From positions 608,001-672,000 of the forward strand of contig CAWEMM010000009.1 in assembly GCA_963810095.1 (NCBI GenBank): a DNA stretch of 64,000 bases. Direction: 5' to 3'. Made by a program: the position numbers and the translations under genes. The notes below the pieces were generated by a model. The model saw only the letters and a program-made list of their open reading frames with translations, was not told the DNA's origin and made no database searches. This document shows positions 19,391-30,011 of this stretch, piece after piece. This DNA is from an uncultured Chloroflexia bacterium. Lineage in GTDB: Bacteria > Chloroflexota > Anaerolineae > CG2-30-64-16. Numbering within the stretch: the first letter of the stretch is position 1; each line of letters opens with the position of its first letter.

Positions 19391-19836
19391 GTGTTCGTAT
19401 CGATGTTCTGCGATTCCAGCAGCTTACGATACGCGGCCAAGCCCGTCTCGCCGGTCACGAGCGCCGCGGCTGCGGAGGCCCAGTCCTGCGCCGCCATCTC
19501 CACGACCCAGCCCTCGCCGTACGGGTCCCTTTCCGCGATGGCCGGATCGTCGGCCAGAAGCGGGTTTGAGCGCAGCACCGTGCCCGTGAACGGCGCGGGG
19601 AGCGGTCCGATGAACTTCAGGCTTTCGATCATCGCCACGCTCTTCCCCTTTTCAACCACCTTGCCGATGACGCTGGCCTTGACGCTGATGGCGACGAGCG
19701 AGTGACGGAGAAGTTGGTAGGCCACCGGTGTCAGGCCCACCCGGTTCACACCGTCAACGGGCGCGGCCACCCACACGTGCTTCTCCACGAGGTAGTACAG
19801 GTCGTCTGGCAGTTCGAACCCTCGAATGTGCGCCAT
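19387..19836 (-). CDS. Glycine cleavage H-like lipoyl-carrier protein
   Basis: LPDDLYY..KHVWV, RVGLT, IESLK (lipoyl Lys), APFTGTV, DPYGEGWV motifs. Confidence 0.85.
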   Translation of the reverse strand: MAHIRGFELPDDLYYLVEKHVWVAAPVDGVNRVGLTPVAYQLLRHSLVAISVKASVIGKVVEKGKSVAMIESLKFIGPLPAPFTGTVLRSNPLLADDPAIAERDPYGEGWVVEMAAQDWASAAAALVTGETGLAAYRKLLESQNIDTNT

Positions 19837-19919
19837 TCTTGACTCCATAAAGAAACCCGGGTCGGCGTGCCTGTCGCTGGGCCGAAACCGGGTTTCGTGA
19901 GCGGCAAAAGCAGGGCCCG

Positions 19920-21176
19920 CTACGGGAGGATCACCACCGGCATCCCGATCCAGGCCATGTCGTACAGCATCTTGGCGTTCACGTTGTCCAGCATCACGCA
20001 GCCGAACGTGATCGGCTTGCCGACGTTGCCGCTCCAGATCTGGACCCCCGTCTTTGCATCCCACGGCAGGCCGTGGATGCCGTTCTCGCTCGCGCCCGCC
20101 CAGTAGATGCCCAGCCAGAACGGCATCCAAATGTTCCAGGTGGAGCCATACGCCTTAGGCAGCTTGGACTGGATTTTGTACGACCCGGGCACACTCGGTG
20201 CGCCGCGGCGTCCCGTCGAGCAAATCCAGCGTGCGATGACCGTCTCACCATTGTAGAGCCAACAGCGCTGCTGGGTGATGCTGGCGACGAACTTCGTGGG
20301 GCGGACTTTCGGGGTCGCCGCCGTGCTGCTGGTGGCGGTTCCGTCCTTGGCCGGGATGATCAGCCGCACACCCACGCCGATAAGGTCGGCGCTGCCGAGC
20401 CCGTTAGCCGACACGAGCGCTTCGACCGACACACCGTACTTCTGGGCGATCTTCGAGAGCGTGTCGCCGGCCTGCACCACGTGAATCTTCGGGTTGACTA
20501 CCGCCGGCGCGGGCTCTGCCGTCGGTTTGGCAGCGGGCGCCTGCGCCGGCTGCGGCGTCGCCGTTGGCTGCGGTGCGTCCGTCGCGCCCGCATGCGGCGT
20601 GGAAGGCAGGGGCACGGCCGGGCGCTGCTGAGTGGCGGCGGCAGTCGGCGCAGTTGGCGCCTGGCCCGCTGACCCGCTCCCGTCCAGCGCGGGCACGATC
20701 AACTTCTGTCCCACCCAGATCAGGTCGGCGTTGGCGATCCCGTTGGCCTGCAGCAGCGCGGCGACGCTTACGCCGAACTGCCGCGCAATGCTGGCGAGCG
20801 TATCGCCCAATTGGATCGTATACGTGCGCGTCTGGCCGCTGGCCCCGGGCACTCGGGTGGGCGCCCCCATGCGGGTAGGGGTCGCCGTGCGGGCGGGCGC
20901 CGCGACGCCGGGGATGGTCAATGTCTGCCCCGGGTAGATGGTGTCGGCGTTTGCGAGGCCGTTGGCGCGCACGATCGCGCTGGCCGAGACCCCGAAGCGG
21001 GCTGCGATATCTACCAGGCGGTCGCCGGGCTTCACGACGTAAGGAATGCCGTCACTGGCCGGCTCGGCGCGCACTCCAGCGGGCTGCCCCGCCAGGATCA
21101 GCACAAAGATCAGCAGCAGCAGGGCGCCGGCCCTGAGGAGCGGGCGGCCCTGCCGGGCCAGCGAATCGGCAGCCAT
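19920..21176 (-). CDS. 3xLysM plus L,D-transpeptidase (YkuD) secreted protein
   Basis: Three YxVxxGDxLxxIAxxFGV repeats; C-terminal STG...GIHG...TFGCV catalytic region; signal peptide. Confidence 0.9.
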   Translation of the reverse strand: MAADSLARQGRPLLRAGALLLLIFVLILAGQPAGVRAEPASDGIPYVVKPGDRLVDIAARFGVSASAIVRANGLANADTIYPGQTLTIPGVAAPARTATPTRMGAPTRVPGASGQTRTYTIQLGDTLASIARQFGVSVAALLQANGIANADLIWVGQKLIVPALDGSGSAGQAPTAPTAAATQQRPAVPLPSTPHAGATDAPQPTATPQPAQAPAAKPTAEPAPAVVNPKIHVVQAGDTLSKIAQKYGVSVEALVSANGLGSADLIGVGVRLIIPAKDGTATSSTAATPKVRPTKFVASITQQRCWLYNGETVIARWICSTGRRGAPSVPGSYKIQSKLPKAYGSTWNIWMPFWLGIYWAGASENGIHGLPWDAKTGVQIWSGNVGKPITFGCVMLDNVNAKMLYDMAWIGMPVVILP

Positions 21177-21281
21177 GGTGTTCCTCACATCACGAAATGG
21201 TTTCACAATGACGATACATGCCCTGAGAACAGGATACCCGAATTCGCCGCCGCTGTCAAGAATGCAAGTGCTATTTAGTTG

Positions 21282-22423
21282 TCAAAGTGTGATCGTATTC
21301 GCCCCCGCCGCTGCCCGGGTGGGATATAGCGCGGGCTGCAGCCCGGTCTCGGCCTCATAGGCTTTGGCGACGGCCGGGATTGCGGACTCGACTGCCCGGC
21401 CTCCATGAGCGCGACGCAGCAGCCGCCGAAGCCTGCGCCTGTCAGACGCGCGCCGTAGCAGCCGGGTTGGCTGCGCAGCAGTTCGGCCATCACGTTGAGC
21501 TCCCGGCTGCTGACCTCGTACAGGTCGCGCAGGCTGAAGTGCGAGGCGTTCATCAGCTGGCCGGCGAAGGGCAGGTCGCCGGCCCGGAAGGCTTCCACCG
21601 CTTGGAGCACCCGCTTGTTTTCTTCGATGACGTGGGTCGCGCGGCGCCGGACCACGTCCGGCACTTCCACGTCCGCAAGCATGTCCGTTGTGGCGTCACG
21701 CAGCGCGGATACGCCCATGGCCAGCGCGGCCTGCTCGCACTGCGAGCGGCGCTCGTTGTAAGCAGAGGAGGCGAGCGACCGCCGGACGCTCGTGTCCGCG
21801 ATCAGGATGCCCGCACTGGCGGGGACGGGCACGGGTTGGTACTCTAGCGAACGGATGTCGATGAGGAGGAGGTGGCCCGCCTGGCCCAACGCGGAGGCCA
21901 GTTGGTCCATCAGGCCGGTCTTGGCGCCCACGAACATGTGCTCGGCGGCCTGGCCCACCCGGGCGGCCTCGTCGGGCGGCACGGCAAAGCCGCCTGCCGC
22001 GGCGAAAGCCTGGACCGACGCCATTTCAAGCGCGGCCGACGAGGATAAGCCAGACCCGATGGGAACGGTGCCGTGCACCAACATGTCCGCGCCGGCCAGC
22101 GGGTAGCCGCGCTCCTTGAGCCCGTACGCGACGCCCCGGACATAGTTGCTCCACGGCTGTTCGGCCGACGTCGCGATCTGGTGCAGACTGAACACGCTTT
22201 CACGGTCGAGATCGAAGGCCCTGAGATGAACCTGGCCGTCCTCGCGCGGGGCCACGATGATGTGCGTCTCGCGTTCGATGGCAGCGGGGAGCACGAACCC
22301 GTCGTTGTAGTCCGTGTGCTCGCCGATCATATTGACGCGACCCGGCGCGCGCGCGACAAACACTGGCCGGCGGCCGAAACGCCGCTCAAACTCGTCCAGC
22401 AAGTGATCCAGTTCCACAGGCAC
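21282..22423 (-). CDS. galK: Galactokinase (C-terminal frameshift near 21395, probably a sequencing error)
   Basis: APGRVNMIGEHTDYNDG, PIGSGLSSSA, GLMDQ, YNERR, GARLTGAGFGGC motifs. Confidence 0.95.
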
Positions 22424-22675
22424 CTCTTTGACGCTCGAGTCTCTACGCCGGACAGGGCGCCAACTGACCCCCCTCCCGCCGGCGCGAGTATACCATAATC
22501 GAAGATGTCGGCAAGCGCCAAACGCGCTTGTGACGAACAGCGCAATAGTCGGCGGCCTGCCTGGGATGCCCGGCGCGTTGTTCGTTACCTTTGGTTACGT
22601 AGAGCGTCATGGACAGTAGGCGCGGAGGCCTCTTTTCGCGTTGCCCGGCTTCGTCAAGCTCCGAGGAGAGAACCC

Positions 22676-24397
22676 ATGAAGCAGCGAGTCGCTGGCGAAT
22701 CACCATCGAACTCAAACAACGTGAAGCAGTTCGCACTCGGCGCTCTCCTGTTCGCTGCCTTTGTGGCCGCGCTCGTGCTGGCTGGCGGCGGCGTCAGTGC
22801 AGGCGCGGCGCCCCAGGCGGCGGGAATGACACCTGCGCTTGCTCCGATGGCGACGAACACCCCGACCCCGACACCCTGCACCTGTGCGATGGATCAGTAT
22901 GAGCCGGACAACGACGAAGACAGCGCGACCCTGCTGCCCGTGGGTTCATCGCAGGCGCACACCTTCCATCTTGCCGGTGACTTTGACTGGTTCCGCTTCG
23001 ATCACCTCAGGATCGGCACCGGCTACCAGGCGTCGACATTTGACCTCACCGGCGAAGCGGACACGTATGTCATCCTTTACGATCAGATTGGCACGATCGT
23101 CGCCCGGAGCGACGACATCGACGGCGCCCGGTGTCTTAGCGAGCAACAGTACTGCGCCTCGTCGGTCCACTGGAAGGCGCAGTCGACGGGCCCTTACTTC
23201 CTGTTTGTGCGCACCCTGCAGTACACGCCGTGCATGTGTCCGGGATACAGCATCCGCCTGGAAGGGTTCGGCAGCTACTTGCCCGCCATCGTGCGGCAGC
23301 CGACGCTGACGCCGACGCCCACCCCAACCGCGACCGACACGGCCACGCCGACCCCAACCGCGACTTTCACCGACACGCCGACGCCCACGCTGACGCCTAC
23401 CACGACGCCCACGCCGTCGAGCACGCCGACCCATACGCCGGGACCATCTCCAACGCCGACCCAGACGTCTACACCGCCGGGGATGGACTACCCACAGGCC
23501 GTCGCCGTGAACTCGCTCGCCCAGCGGATCTATGTGGCGAGCCGCGATAACGATCGGGTGTATCTGCTGAATGGGGCGACCCTGGAGGTGATCGGGGGCG
23601 CAGTTGTGGGCCGCCAGCCGTGGGGCATCGCCTACTATGCCCCGCTCAACAAGGTCTACGTCGCGAGCTGGAGCGCAGGGACGGTGACCGTGCTCGACGG
23701 GACGACGCTTGGAGTGCTGCGCACCATCTCCGTGGGCCCGAACCCTACGTGGGTCAAGGTGGCGGGCGACCGCATCAAGCTGGTCGCATACGGCAGCAAC
23801 AGCCTCGTGACGATCGATCCGGCTTCCGACACGGTCGTGCAGAGTCTGCGGCTGTCTCGGACTAATGGCGCCTGGTCGCTGGCGTATAACGCGGCGCTCG
23901 GCCTCACATACGTGAGCAGCCGGGATTCGAAGACAATTACCGTGGTCGACTCCATGGGCGCCGAGCGGACGGTGATCCTGGCGGGTTATGGCGCGGGCTG
24001 CGAGCCGTACCAGCTCGAGTTCAACCCCGGCCTGGGCCGGCTTTACAACATCTGCAATGTCAGCAACCAGCGCAATGACGTGGTCGTCGTGTATCAGGCG
24101 AACGGCGTCGGGCTCACTGCCTCGGCCGAGATCACGGTGGGCGCCGGGGGACTGGATGTGCCAGGGGGACAGGATGGCCGGGGAGGCCTGGTCGTCAATC
24201 CTGACACCGCAAGCGTGTTTGTCAGCAACGCCTACGACAACACGGTTAGCATCATCGACGGCGCGACCAACCGCGTCATTTTTACGGCACCGGTCGGCGC
24301 CAGCCCGTTCGATATGGGGATCGATGTGGCGACAAAGCGCGTCTACACGGCGAACCGGCTAAGCGACGACGTATCGCTGGTGTTGGACCCGAAATAG
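22676..24397 (+). CDS. Secreted protein with PPC-like domain, Pro/Thr linker and YVTN/YncE beta-propeller
   Basis: Signal/TM segment; DQYEPDN...GDFDW...DTYVILYD; (TP)n linker; YVAS/YVSS/FVSN/YTAN blades; SD GGAG. Confidence 0.82.
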   Translation: MKQRVAGESPSNSNNVKQFALGALLFAAFVAALVLAGGGVSAGAAPQAAGMTPALAPMATNTPTPTPCTCAMDQYEPDNDEDSATLLPVGSSQAHTFHLAGDFDWFRFDHLRIGTGYQASTFDLTGEADTYVILYDQIGTIVARSDDIDGARCLSEQQYCASSVHWKAQSTGPYFLFVRTLQYTPCMCPGYSIRLEGFGSYLPAIVRQPTLTPTPTPTATDTATPTPTATFTDTPTPTLTPTTTPTPSSTPTHTPGPSPTPTQTSTPPGMDYPQAVAVNSLAQRIYVASRDNDRVYLLNGATLEVIGGAVVGRQPWGIAYYAPLNKVYVASWSAGTVTVLDGTTLGVLRTISVGPNPTWVKVAGDRIKLVAYGSNSLVTIDPASDTVVQSLRLSRTNGAWSLAYNAALGLTYVSSRDSKTITVVDSMGAERTVILAGYGAGCEPYQLEFNPGLGRLYNICNVSNQRNDVVVVYQANGVGLTASAEITVGAGGLDVPGGQDGRGGLVVNPDTASVFVSNAYDNTVSIIDGATNRVIFTAPVGASPFDMGIDVATKRVYTANRLSDDVSLVLDPK

Positions 24398-24409
24398 GCC
24401 GCTTGTCCG

Positions 24410-24691
24410 CTACTTGAAGCGCCGCGCCAGTTCGGCCTCCACGTCGCTCCAGGTACGGTCGCGGGCGGCCAGCAGTACCAGGCAGTGGTACACCAGGTCG
24501 GCCATCTCGTAGACGAGCCGGTCATCGCCTTCAGCCAGCGCGGCGATGGCCGTCTCGACCCCTTCCTCGCCGACTTTCTGGGCCATACGCGGCAGTCCGG
24601 CCGCGAACAGGCTGGCCGTGTAGGAGGCCGCGCTCGGGTTCGCCTTGCGGTCCGCGATGGTCGCGCTCAGCGCGTCGATGACGTCGCTCAT
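24410..24691 (-). CDS. hisE: Phosphoribosyl-ATP pyrophosphatase
   Basis: SYTASL...KVGEEGVE...EMADLVYHCLVLL...ELARR. Confidence 0.93.
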   Translation of the reverse strand: MSDVIDALSATIADRKANPSAASYTASLFAAGLPRMAQKVGEEGVETAIAALAEGDDRLVYEMADLVYHCLVLLAARDRTWSDVEAELARRFK

Positions 24692-27600
24692 CTGTGTTCC
24701 CCTTCGTCTGTTGCCGTTGGCAGGCGCCGTCGAAGCGTCTGGCTCCGCTCGATCAACCTGCGATAGTGGCTCCCGGCCAGGCGGTCCTCCCCGCGCTTCA
24801 GCACTTCGGCGGCCGCGATGATCTCCCCGCGATCCAGGTACAGCTCGGTGAGCCACAGGTCGATCTGTGCCTGAAGGAACCGTGCGGCCAGCGGTGCGGC
24901 CAACTCCGCCGCTTCGTCCAGCAGAATGAGTGCCGCATCCAAGTCACCCCGCCCGCGGGCGGCCTGGCTCAGGGTGGCCCGGCACTTTGCCATGTGGGCG
25001 ACGTTGTTGTGCAGCCGGGCCTCGGCCAGGCTGGCAGCAATCCATTCCTCGGCTGCGTCCCAGTTGGCGTCGGCCAGCTCGATTTCGCCCCGCGTGCTCA
25101 GCAGATACTGGCGCGGCAGGTTGAGCCCGTACTGATCTGCGACACGCAAGGCCTCCTCAATGAAGCCTCGCGCCGCCGCGGTGTCACCTGTCAGCATCGT
25201 GTGGTAGGCCAGGTTGTTCGAGCGCGAGGACCTCCTGGTTAGGCTCCCCCACGCGGCGCGCCAGCCCGGCCACCTCCAGGTACATGACCAAGGCGGCGGC
25301 AAGATCGCCGCGTTCGGCGCGGGCGTTGCCCAGCTCGAACCGTGCCACCATCGCAACGTCGCGCACCCCGTGCGCCTCGGCCAGTCTGACCGCTTCCAGC
25401 AGCTCGGTCTCGCCTTCCTCCAGCGCGCTGCCTCCCACGCTCAGCCGCCCCGCGCCGAGTAGAAAATGAGCGTTGGCATGCGCCCCGGGGTCTGCGTCAG
25501 GATCGAGATATTGCAGACTCCGGTTCGCCCAGCGCTCGACCTCGTCGGACCATCCCGCGGGCAGATATGTGTACCCCATGCCGATGCAAGCGCACGTGGC
25601 TGTTGCCGCGTCGTCCGCCTGCTCCGCGGCCGTCAGCGCCTTTCCGTAAGCCTCGCGCGACTCTGCCAGGGCGCCGGCGCGGTAAAGCGAATCGGCCAGT
25701 GCGAGCAGCCGGCGCGGAGACGGGGCGAGTTCCAGCGCCCGCCGCCGGAAGCTCACGGCCTCGGCCTGCGCGGCGAGCGTAGCGGCGTGTTCGGCCGCGA
25801 GATCGGCCAGGTTGGCCGCCTTGGCGGGTTCGCCCGCCTGGGCATAGTGCTCCGCAATCATGCCCGCAAACGGTGCGACCGCCTCCGCATGCCTGGTCTC
25901 CAGTGCCTGCGCCGCTCGGCGATGAATGACTTTGCGCCGCACCGCGCTCAAGCGCTGCCGCACGACGCTCGAAAGGAGCGGGTGGTTGAAAACGAACTTT
26001 TCGCCGCGCTCGCCGAGCAGCCGCGCACCAAGCAACTTGTCCAGCGCGTCGAGCACTGCGTCCTCGTTCAGTCCTGTGGTCTCGACGAGCAGCGACAGGT
26101 CGAACTCGGGCTCGAGCACGCCGGCCGCTTGGAGGACCGCACGGCTGTCCTCGTCGAGCCGTTCCACACGCGCAGCTACCAGGTCGGCCAAAGCGGATGG
26201 GATGGATCCAAGGGCGACCGCGTCCGAGCTGCGGCTGAGCTCGAGCAGGAAGTAGGGATTGCCCGCGCTCTGTGCCTGCAGCTGGTGTGCTGCCGACGCG
26301 TCGACTTCGAGCTGCGCAATGAGCGCCGCGGTCTCTTGCGGGTCGAGGCGCGCCAGCGCGATACGGCGCAGCACACCTTCACGGCCCCATGCCGCGGCCT
26401 GGTGGACGAGGGCCGGGGGCGCTTCTTCGGGGCGAAACGCCAGGACGAGCAGCAAAGGCTGCCCGCCCATCCGGTGAACCAGGTAGGGGAGCCAGTCGAG
26501 CGTCGCACGGTCGGCCCAGTGAACGTCGTCGACGAACACCACCAGGGGGTGCGCGTCGAGCGCGAGCAGGACCTGGACAAAGGCCTCGTAGACGCGGCGG
26601 CGCTCCTCTTCGGGCGGCAAGGCGGCGGGCTGCGGCAGGTCGGGCGCACCCGTGCGCACCTGTGGCAGCAGCCGGGACACCTCGGCAAGCCAGGCGGCCG
26701 GCAAAGCCGACGGCGGATGCAGGAGTTCCTGGGTGCAGGGGTGGCTGCCGAACAGCTCGACCAGCGGCGTGAACGGGAGGCTGCTGGCCGCCTCGACGCA
26801 CCGGGCTTCGAGCGCCGTGCATGCCAGCGGGATATGCGCCAGCCACTCGCGCCACAAGCGTGACTTGCCGATGCCCAGCTCGCCGGTGAGCAGGACCACT
26901 CGCGCCCGGCCTTGCGCCGCGAGCGCCAGTTCCTCGTCCAGCGCGGCACGTTCGCGCTCACGGCCGACGAACGCAGGCTCGGGCCGGACTGACTCGGCGG
27001 CTAGAACAGGCCTGCGCGCCCGCGTCGCCGTCGGGGCCGGCCGGGCGGCAACCAGTCTCTCCCGCAGGGCCTGCGTCTCGGCCGAGGGCTCCACGCCCAG
27101 TTCACGCTCAAGTCCCAGTTTCAGGGCTTCGTACTGGCGCAGCGCGTCGCTCCGCTCGCCCAGCTTGAAGAGCGACTCGATGAGAGCCCGGTTGAGCCCC
27201 TCGTGTAGGGGGTCATGCGCCAGGGCGCGCCGGGCGAGATCGGCGACCTCGCGCCACGACCCAGCCCGGCCGAGTTCCGCCAGCGCATCGCTCATGCGGG
27301 ACAGGAAGGCTTCAGACACCCGCTCACCGCGGTGATCAGCCACAACTCGAAATCGGGGGCGTCGGGCACGGCCAGCCCGTCGAGAAACGGCCCGCCGTAC
27401 AGCTCGAGCAGGTCACGGGGGTCGGGGGCAGTGTCTGACAACAGGGCGCGGACATCAACGGCAAGGACGTCGCCCAGCACGAGGCGGTCGCTGCCGGTCA
27501 CGCTTTCAGGGCTAAGGTCCTTGCGAATGGCCCACAGCGTGTTGCGAAGGTTCTTCGCACGCGGCCTCCTCCGTGCTCTCGCCCCAGAGCAGGCCGAGAA

Positions 27601-27733
27601 CGCGCTCCCTCGGCTGGGGGTCGCCGGCCAGCGCAAGGTAGCCCAGCAGCGCCGCCGCTTTGGCAGGGAGGTCAATCTGAACGCCGTCGCGCTCCGCGTA
27701 TGGGCGGCCGAGCAGGTGAAGAAGGGTAGTCAC
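24688..27733 (-). CDS. SARP-type wHTH/BTAD plus AAA ATPase plus TPR regulator (three apparent frameshifts near 27560, 27330 and 25220)
   Basis: LLGRP...ALLGYLAL...LLW; YGGPFLDG...FELW; DPLHE...ELGVEPS; FVGRERE; GELGIGKSRL; DDVHWAD; GNPYFL; TPR-like C-terminus, across frames. Confidence 0.85.
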
Positions 27734-27763
27734 GAGCGAGAATTATAACTGATAGGTGGGAGA

Positions 27764-27908
27764 TTGGAACGCGGAGGGATTGGAACGCGGAGGCGGTTGG
27801 AACGCGAAGGCGCGAAGGTGACTGAAGGGCGCGAAGCGCGAAGGGCACGAAGCACGAAGGGCGCGAAGCGCGAAGGGTGCGAAGCACGAAGACGCGAAGG
27901 GCGCGAAG
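27764..27908. repeat. Degenerate ~16-bp tandem repeat array (GCRCGAAG units)
   Basis: TTGGAACGCGRAGG x3 (27764, 27780, 27797), then GGGYRCGAAGCRCGAA x4 (27827-27890). Confidence 0.85.
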
Positions 27909-27909
27909 G

Positions 27910-28551
27910 TCACCCGAGAGGGGTCAGCGCATGCAGGACGCCACCGACGAAAGCTATCTCGTCCTCGTTCACCGTGTGCGCCATGTTGGGGTAGAGCCGC
28001 AGCGTGACGTCTGCATCGAGCGCGCGAAAGACGTCCGCGGCCGCTGCGACTCGGTGTTTGGCGATGTGCGGATCGACGTCGCTGCAGCCTAGAAAGACGG
28101 GCGTTTGTGCCATCGACCCTGGATAATCGCGCGGTGTGCCGTCCGGGCCGATCAAGCCGCCGCTCAATCCGAAGACCCCGCCGTACCGCTGTGCGTGCCG
28201 TGCCGCGTACTCCAATGCAAGGCAGGCCCCCTGCGAGAAACCCAGCAGGAAGATGCGCTCCGCAGGGATGCCCGCCTCCAACGCCGCCTGCACCATTTCG
28301 CCCGCCCGCTCCAGCGCAGAAGAAAGCCAGGGCTCATTTTGCTCCAGGGGGGTCGTGAATGGGTATGGATACCAGGTGTTGTTGGCGGCCTGGGGTGCCA
28401 GGTAGGCGATGCCCGTGGTCTGAAAGACCTGCGCCAGTGAGAGGATATCGCGGGCGGTCGCGCCACGCCCGTGCAGCATGATCATCGCAGCGCTTGCGCC
28501 GGCAAGCGGCTCCCCGTAAGTCAGCACCGGTCCGTCTTGATGCAGCGCCAT
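27910..28551 (-). CDS. Phospholipase/carboxylesterase alpha/beta hydrolase
   Basis: LHGRG, LAPQA, GFSQG nucleophile elbow, DPH, AH catalytic residues. Confidence 0.92.
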   Translation of the reverse strand: MALHQDGPVLTYGEPLAGASAAMIMLHGRGATARDILSLAQVFQTTGIAYLAPQAANNTWYPYPFTTPLEQNEPWLSSALERAGEMVQAALEAGIPAERIFLLGFSQGACLALEYAARHAQRYGGVFGLSGGLIGPDGTPRDYPGSMAQTPVFLGCSDVDPHIAKHRVAAAADVFRALDADVTLRLYPNMAHTVNEDEIAFVGGVLHALTPLG

Positions 28552-28566
28552 TCACGCCCTCCTCAT

Positions 28567-28638
28567 AACAAAAAGGCACAACGACACAAGTCTCCTGCGG
28601 GGCTCGCCCCGGTCCTTGTGTCATTGTGCCCTTGTGGT
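28567..28638. repeat. ACCACAAAGAC-family palindromic repeat (degenerate)
   Basis: AAGGCACAACGACACAAG ... CTTGTGTCATTGTGCCCTTGTGGT. Confidence 0.6.
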
Positions 28639-28650
28639 CCAAAACGTCAG

Positions 28651-29202
28651 TTATGCAGCCGTCAATTCGAGCGCCGGCTCGGCAACCTTCACCAACTCCA
28701 TCTCGACGTTGATCTTGACCTGTTCGCCCACCAGCAAGCCGCCGGTCTCGAGCGCCACGTTCCAGTTCAAGCCGAAGTCCTTGCGGTTGAGCGTCCCCTT
28801 AGCGGTCAGGCCCCAAACCTCGCTGCCCCACGGATTCTTGAACTGTCCTTCGCTCGTCACGTCGAAGGTGAATTCCTTGGTCACGCCCTTGATCGTCAGA
28901 TCGCCGGTCACCTTGTACTCGTCGCCGCCCACCTTCGTGATACGCTTGCTCACAAACGTCATCCGGGGATAATTGGCCGCATCGAAGAAATCGGCCGAGC
29001 GGAGGTGGTTGTCGCGATTCGCATCGCGTGTTTCAACGCTCGCGAGGTCCACCCAGCCCTCAACCTGCGAGTTGAGCAGGTTGTTGGGGTCGACCGTGAT
29101 CGTGCCGTCAAACTGGGTAAAGGTACCGCGTACCGTCGTAATCATCATGTGCTTCACGCCGAATTCCAGGTTCGTGTGTGAGGTGTCAATCTTCCAAGCC
29201 AT
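28651..29202 (-). CDS. YceI family protein
   Basis: WKIDTSH, VKHM, RDNHLRSADFF, GDLTIKGVTK, NPWG, RKDFGLNWN motifs. Confidence 0.95.
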   Translation of the reverse strand: MAWKIDTSHTNLEFGVKHMMITTVRGTFTQFDGTITVDPNNLLNSQVEGWVDLASVETRDANRDNHLRSADFFDAANYPRMTFVSKRITKVGGDEYKVTGDLTIKGVTKEFTFDVTSEGQFKNPWGSEVWGLTAKGTLNRKDFGLNWNVALETGGLLVGEQVKINVEMELVKVAEPALELTAA

Positions 29203-29410
29203 CGTAGATCTCCTTCGTGTTTGAGTTCAGTTTTCGTTTGCTCATTACGTGAAGATCATAACCCCCCCTCGTCCTGAGCCGCGTCCCTGTGTGCGTCCTT
29301 GCGCTGTCTCAATTGGCGACTATAGAAAGAAACTGTTGGGACGCGGCGGTAATTGCGAAAGTAACGCACTTCATATATCCTAGCGCCAGCGCATCTTTCG
29401 GGAGAGCATC

Positions 29411-29887
29411 ATGCCGACCGGCAGCAGGCCGCACGCGGGCCGCCGAAACGCATTTACCTGCGACATGATCAGCCTGCCGTCGGCGCATCTCGCCGACCTA
29501 GGGGAATTGCTCGATTTCGTCGCAGCCTTCTGCGCGGGAGCCAACATCCGGGGGCAGGACGAATTCGACCTGCGGCTGGCGGTTGAGGAAGTGTCCGCGA
29601 ACGTCATGATGCATGGCTACGAGGAGCGGGCGCCGGGTCCCCTGGAGGTTTCCTTTTGTGCCGACGACGAGCAGGTGGCCGTCACCATTTCGGATCGCGC
29701 CGACCCCTTCAATCCCGAACTCGCGCCGCCACCTGACCTGGCCGCCCCCGCTGAAGAGCGCCAGATCGGCGGGCTGGGCTGGCACTTGGTTCGCCTGATC
29801 GTCGACGAGGTCAACTACCGCTACGATCCGACTTACGGCAACACCGTCACACTGGTCAAGCGGCTGACCCTCCCCGACCCTTCTTGA
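29411..29887 (+). CDS. RsbW-like anti-sigma/HATPase_c_2 protein
   Basis: LAVEEVSANVMMHGY, ISD...PFNP, IGGLGWHLV..IVDEV.Y, GN...LVK motifs; start uncertain. Confidence 0.88.
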   Translation: MPTGSRPHAGRRNAFTCDMISLPSAHLADLGELLDFVAAFCAGANIRGQDEFDLRLAVEEVSANVMMHGYEERAPGPLEVSFCADDEQVAVTISDRADPFNPELAPPPDLAAPAEERQIGGLGWHLVRLIVDEVNYRYDPTYGNTVTLVKRLTLPDPS

Positions 29888-30011
29888 GCGGCCGGTCGTA
29901 ATCTGCGAGACACGCGTCTCCGGCAAGTTTCTAACGTCATGATGATTGGCCCGCATCGTAAATCCTTGCGCATGCCGCCGCGACCTGCGCCTGGCGCCCT
30001 GAGGCAATTCG

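Noticed and set aside
23300-23480. ACGCCG-rich DNA repeats as a mobile or regulatory repeat
   Set aside because: Fully explained by the encoded Thr-Pro linker.
27764-27908. Possible CRISPR array
   Set aside because: Units are 16 bp, degenerate and contiguous, with no unique spacers and no cas genes.
29888-30011. RiPP precursor peptide upstream of the BY-kinase cassette
   Set aside because: No short plus-strand ORF with an SD and a recognisable leader motif was found here or after 34100.
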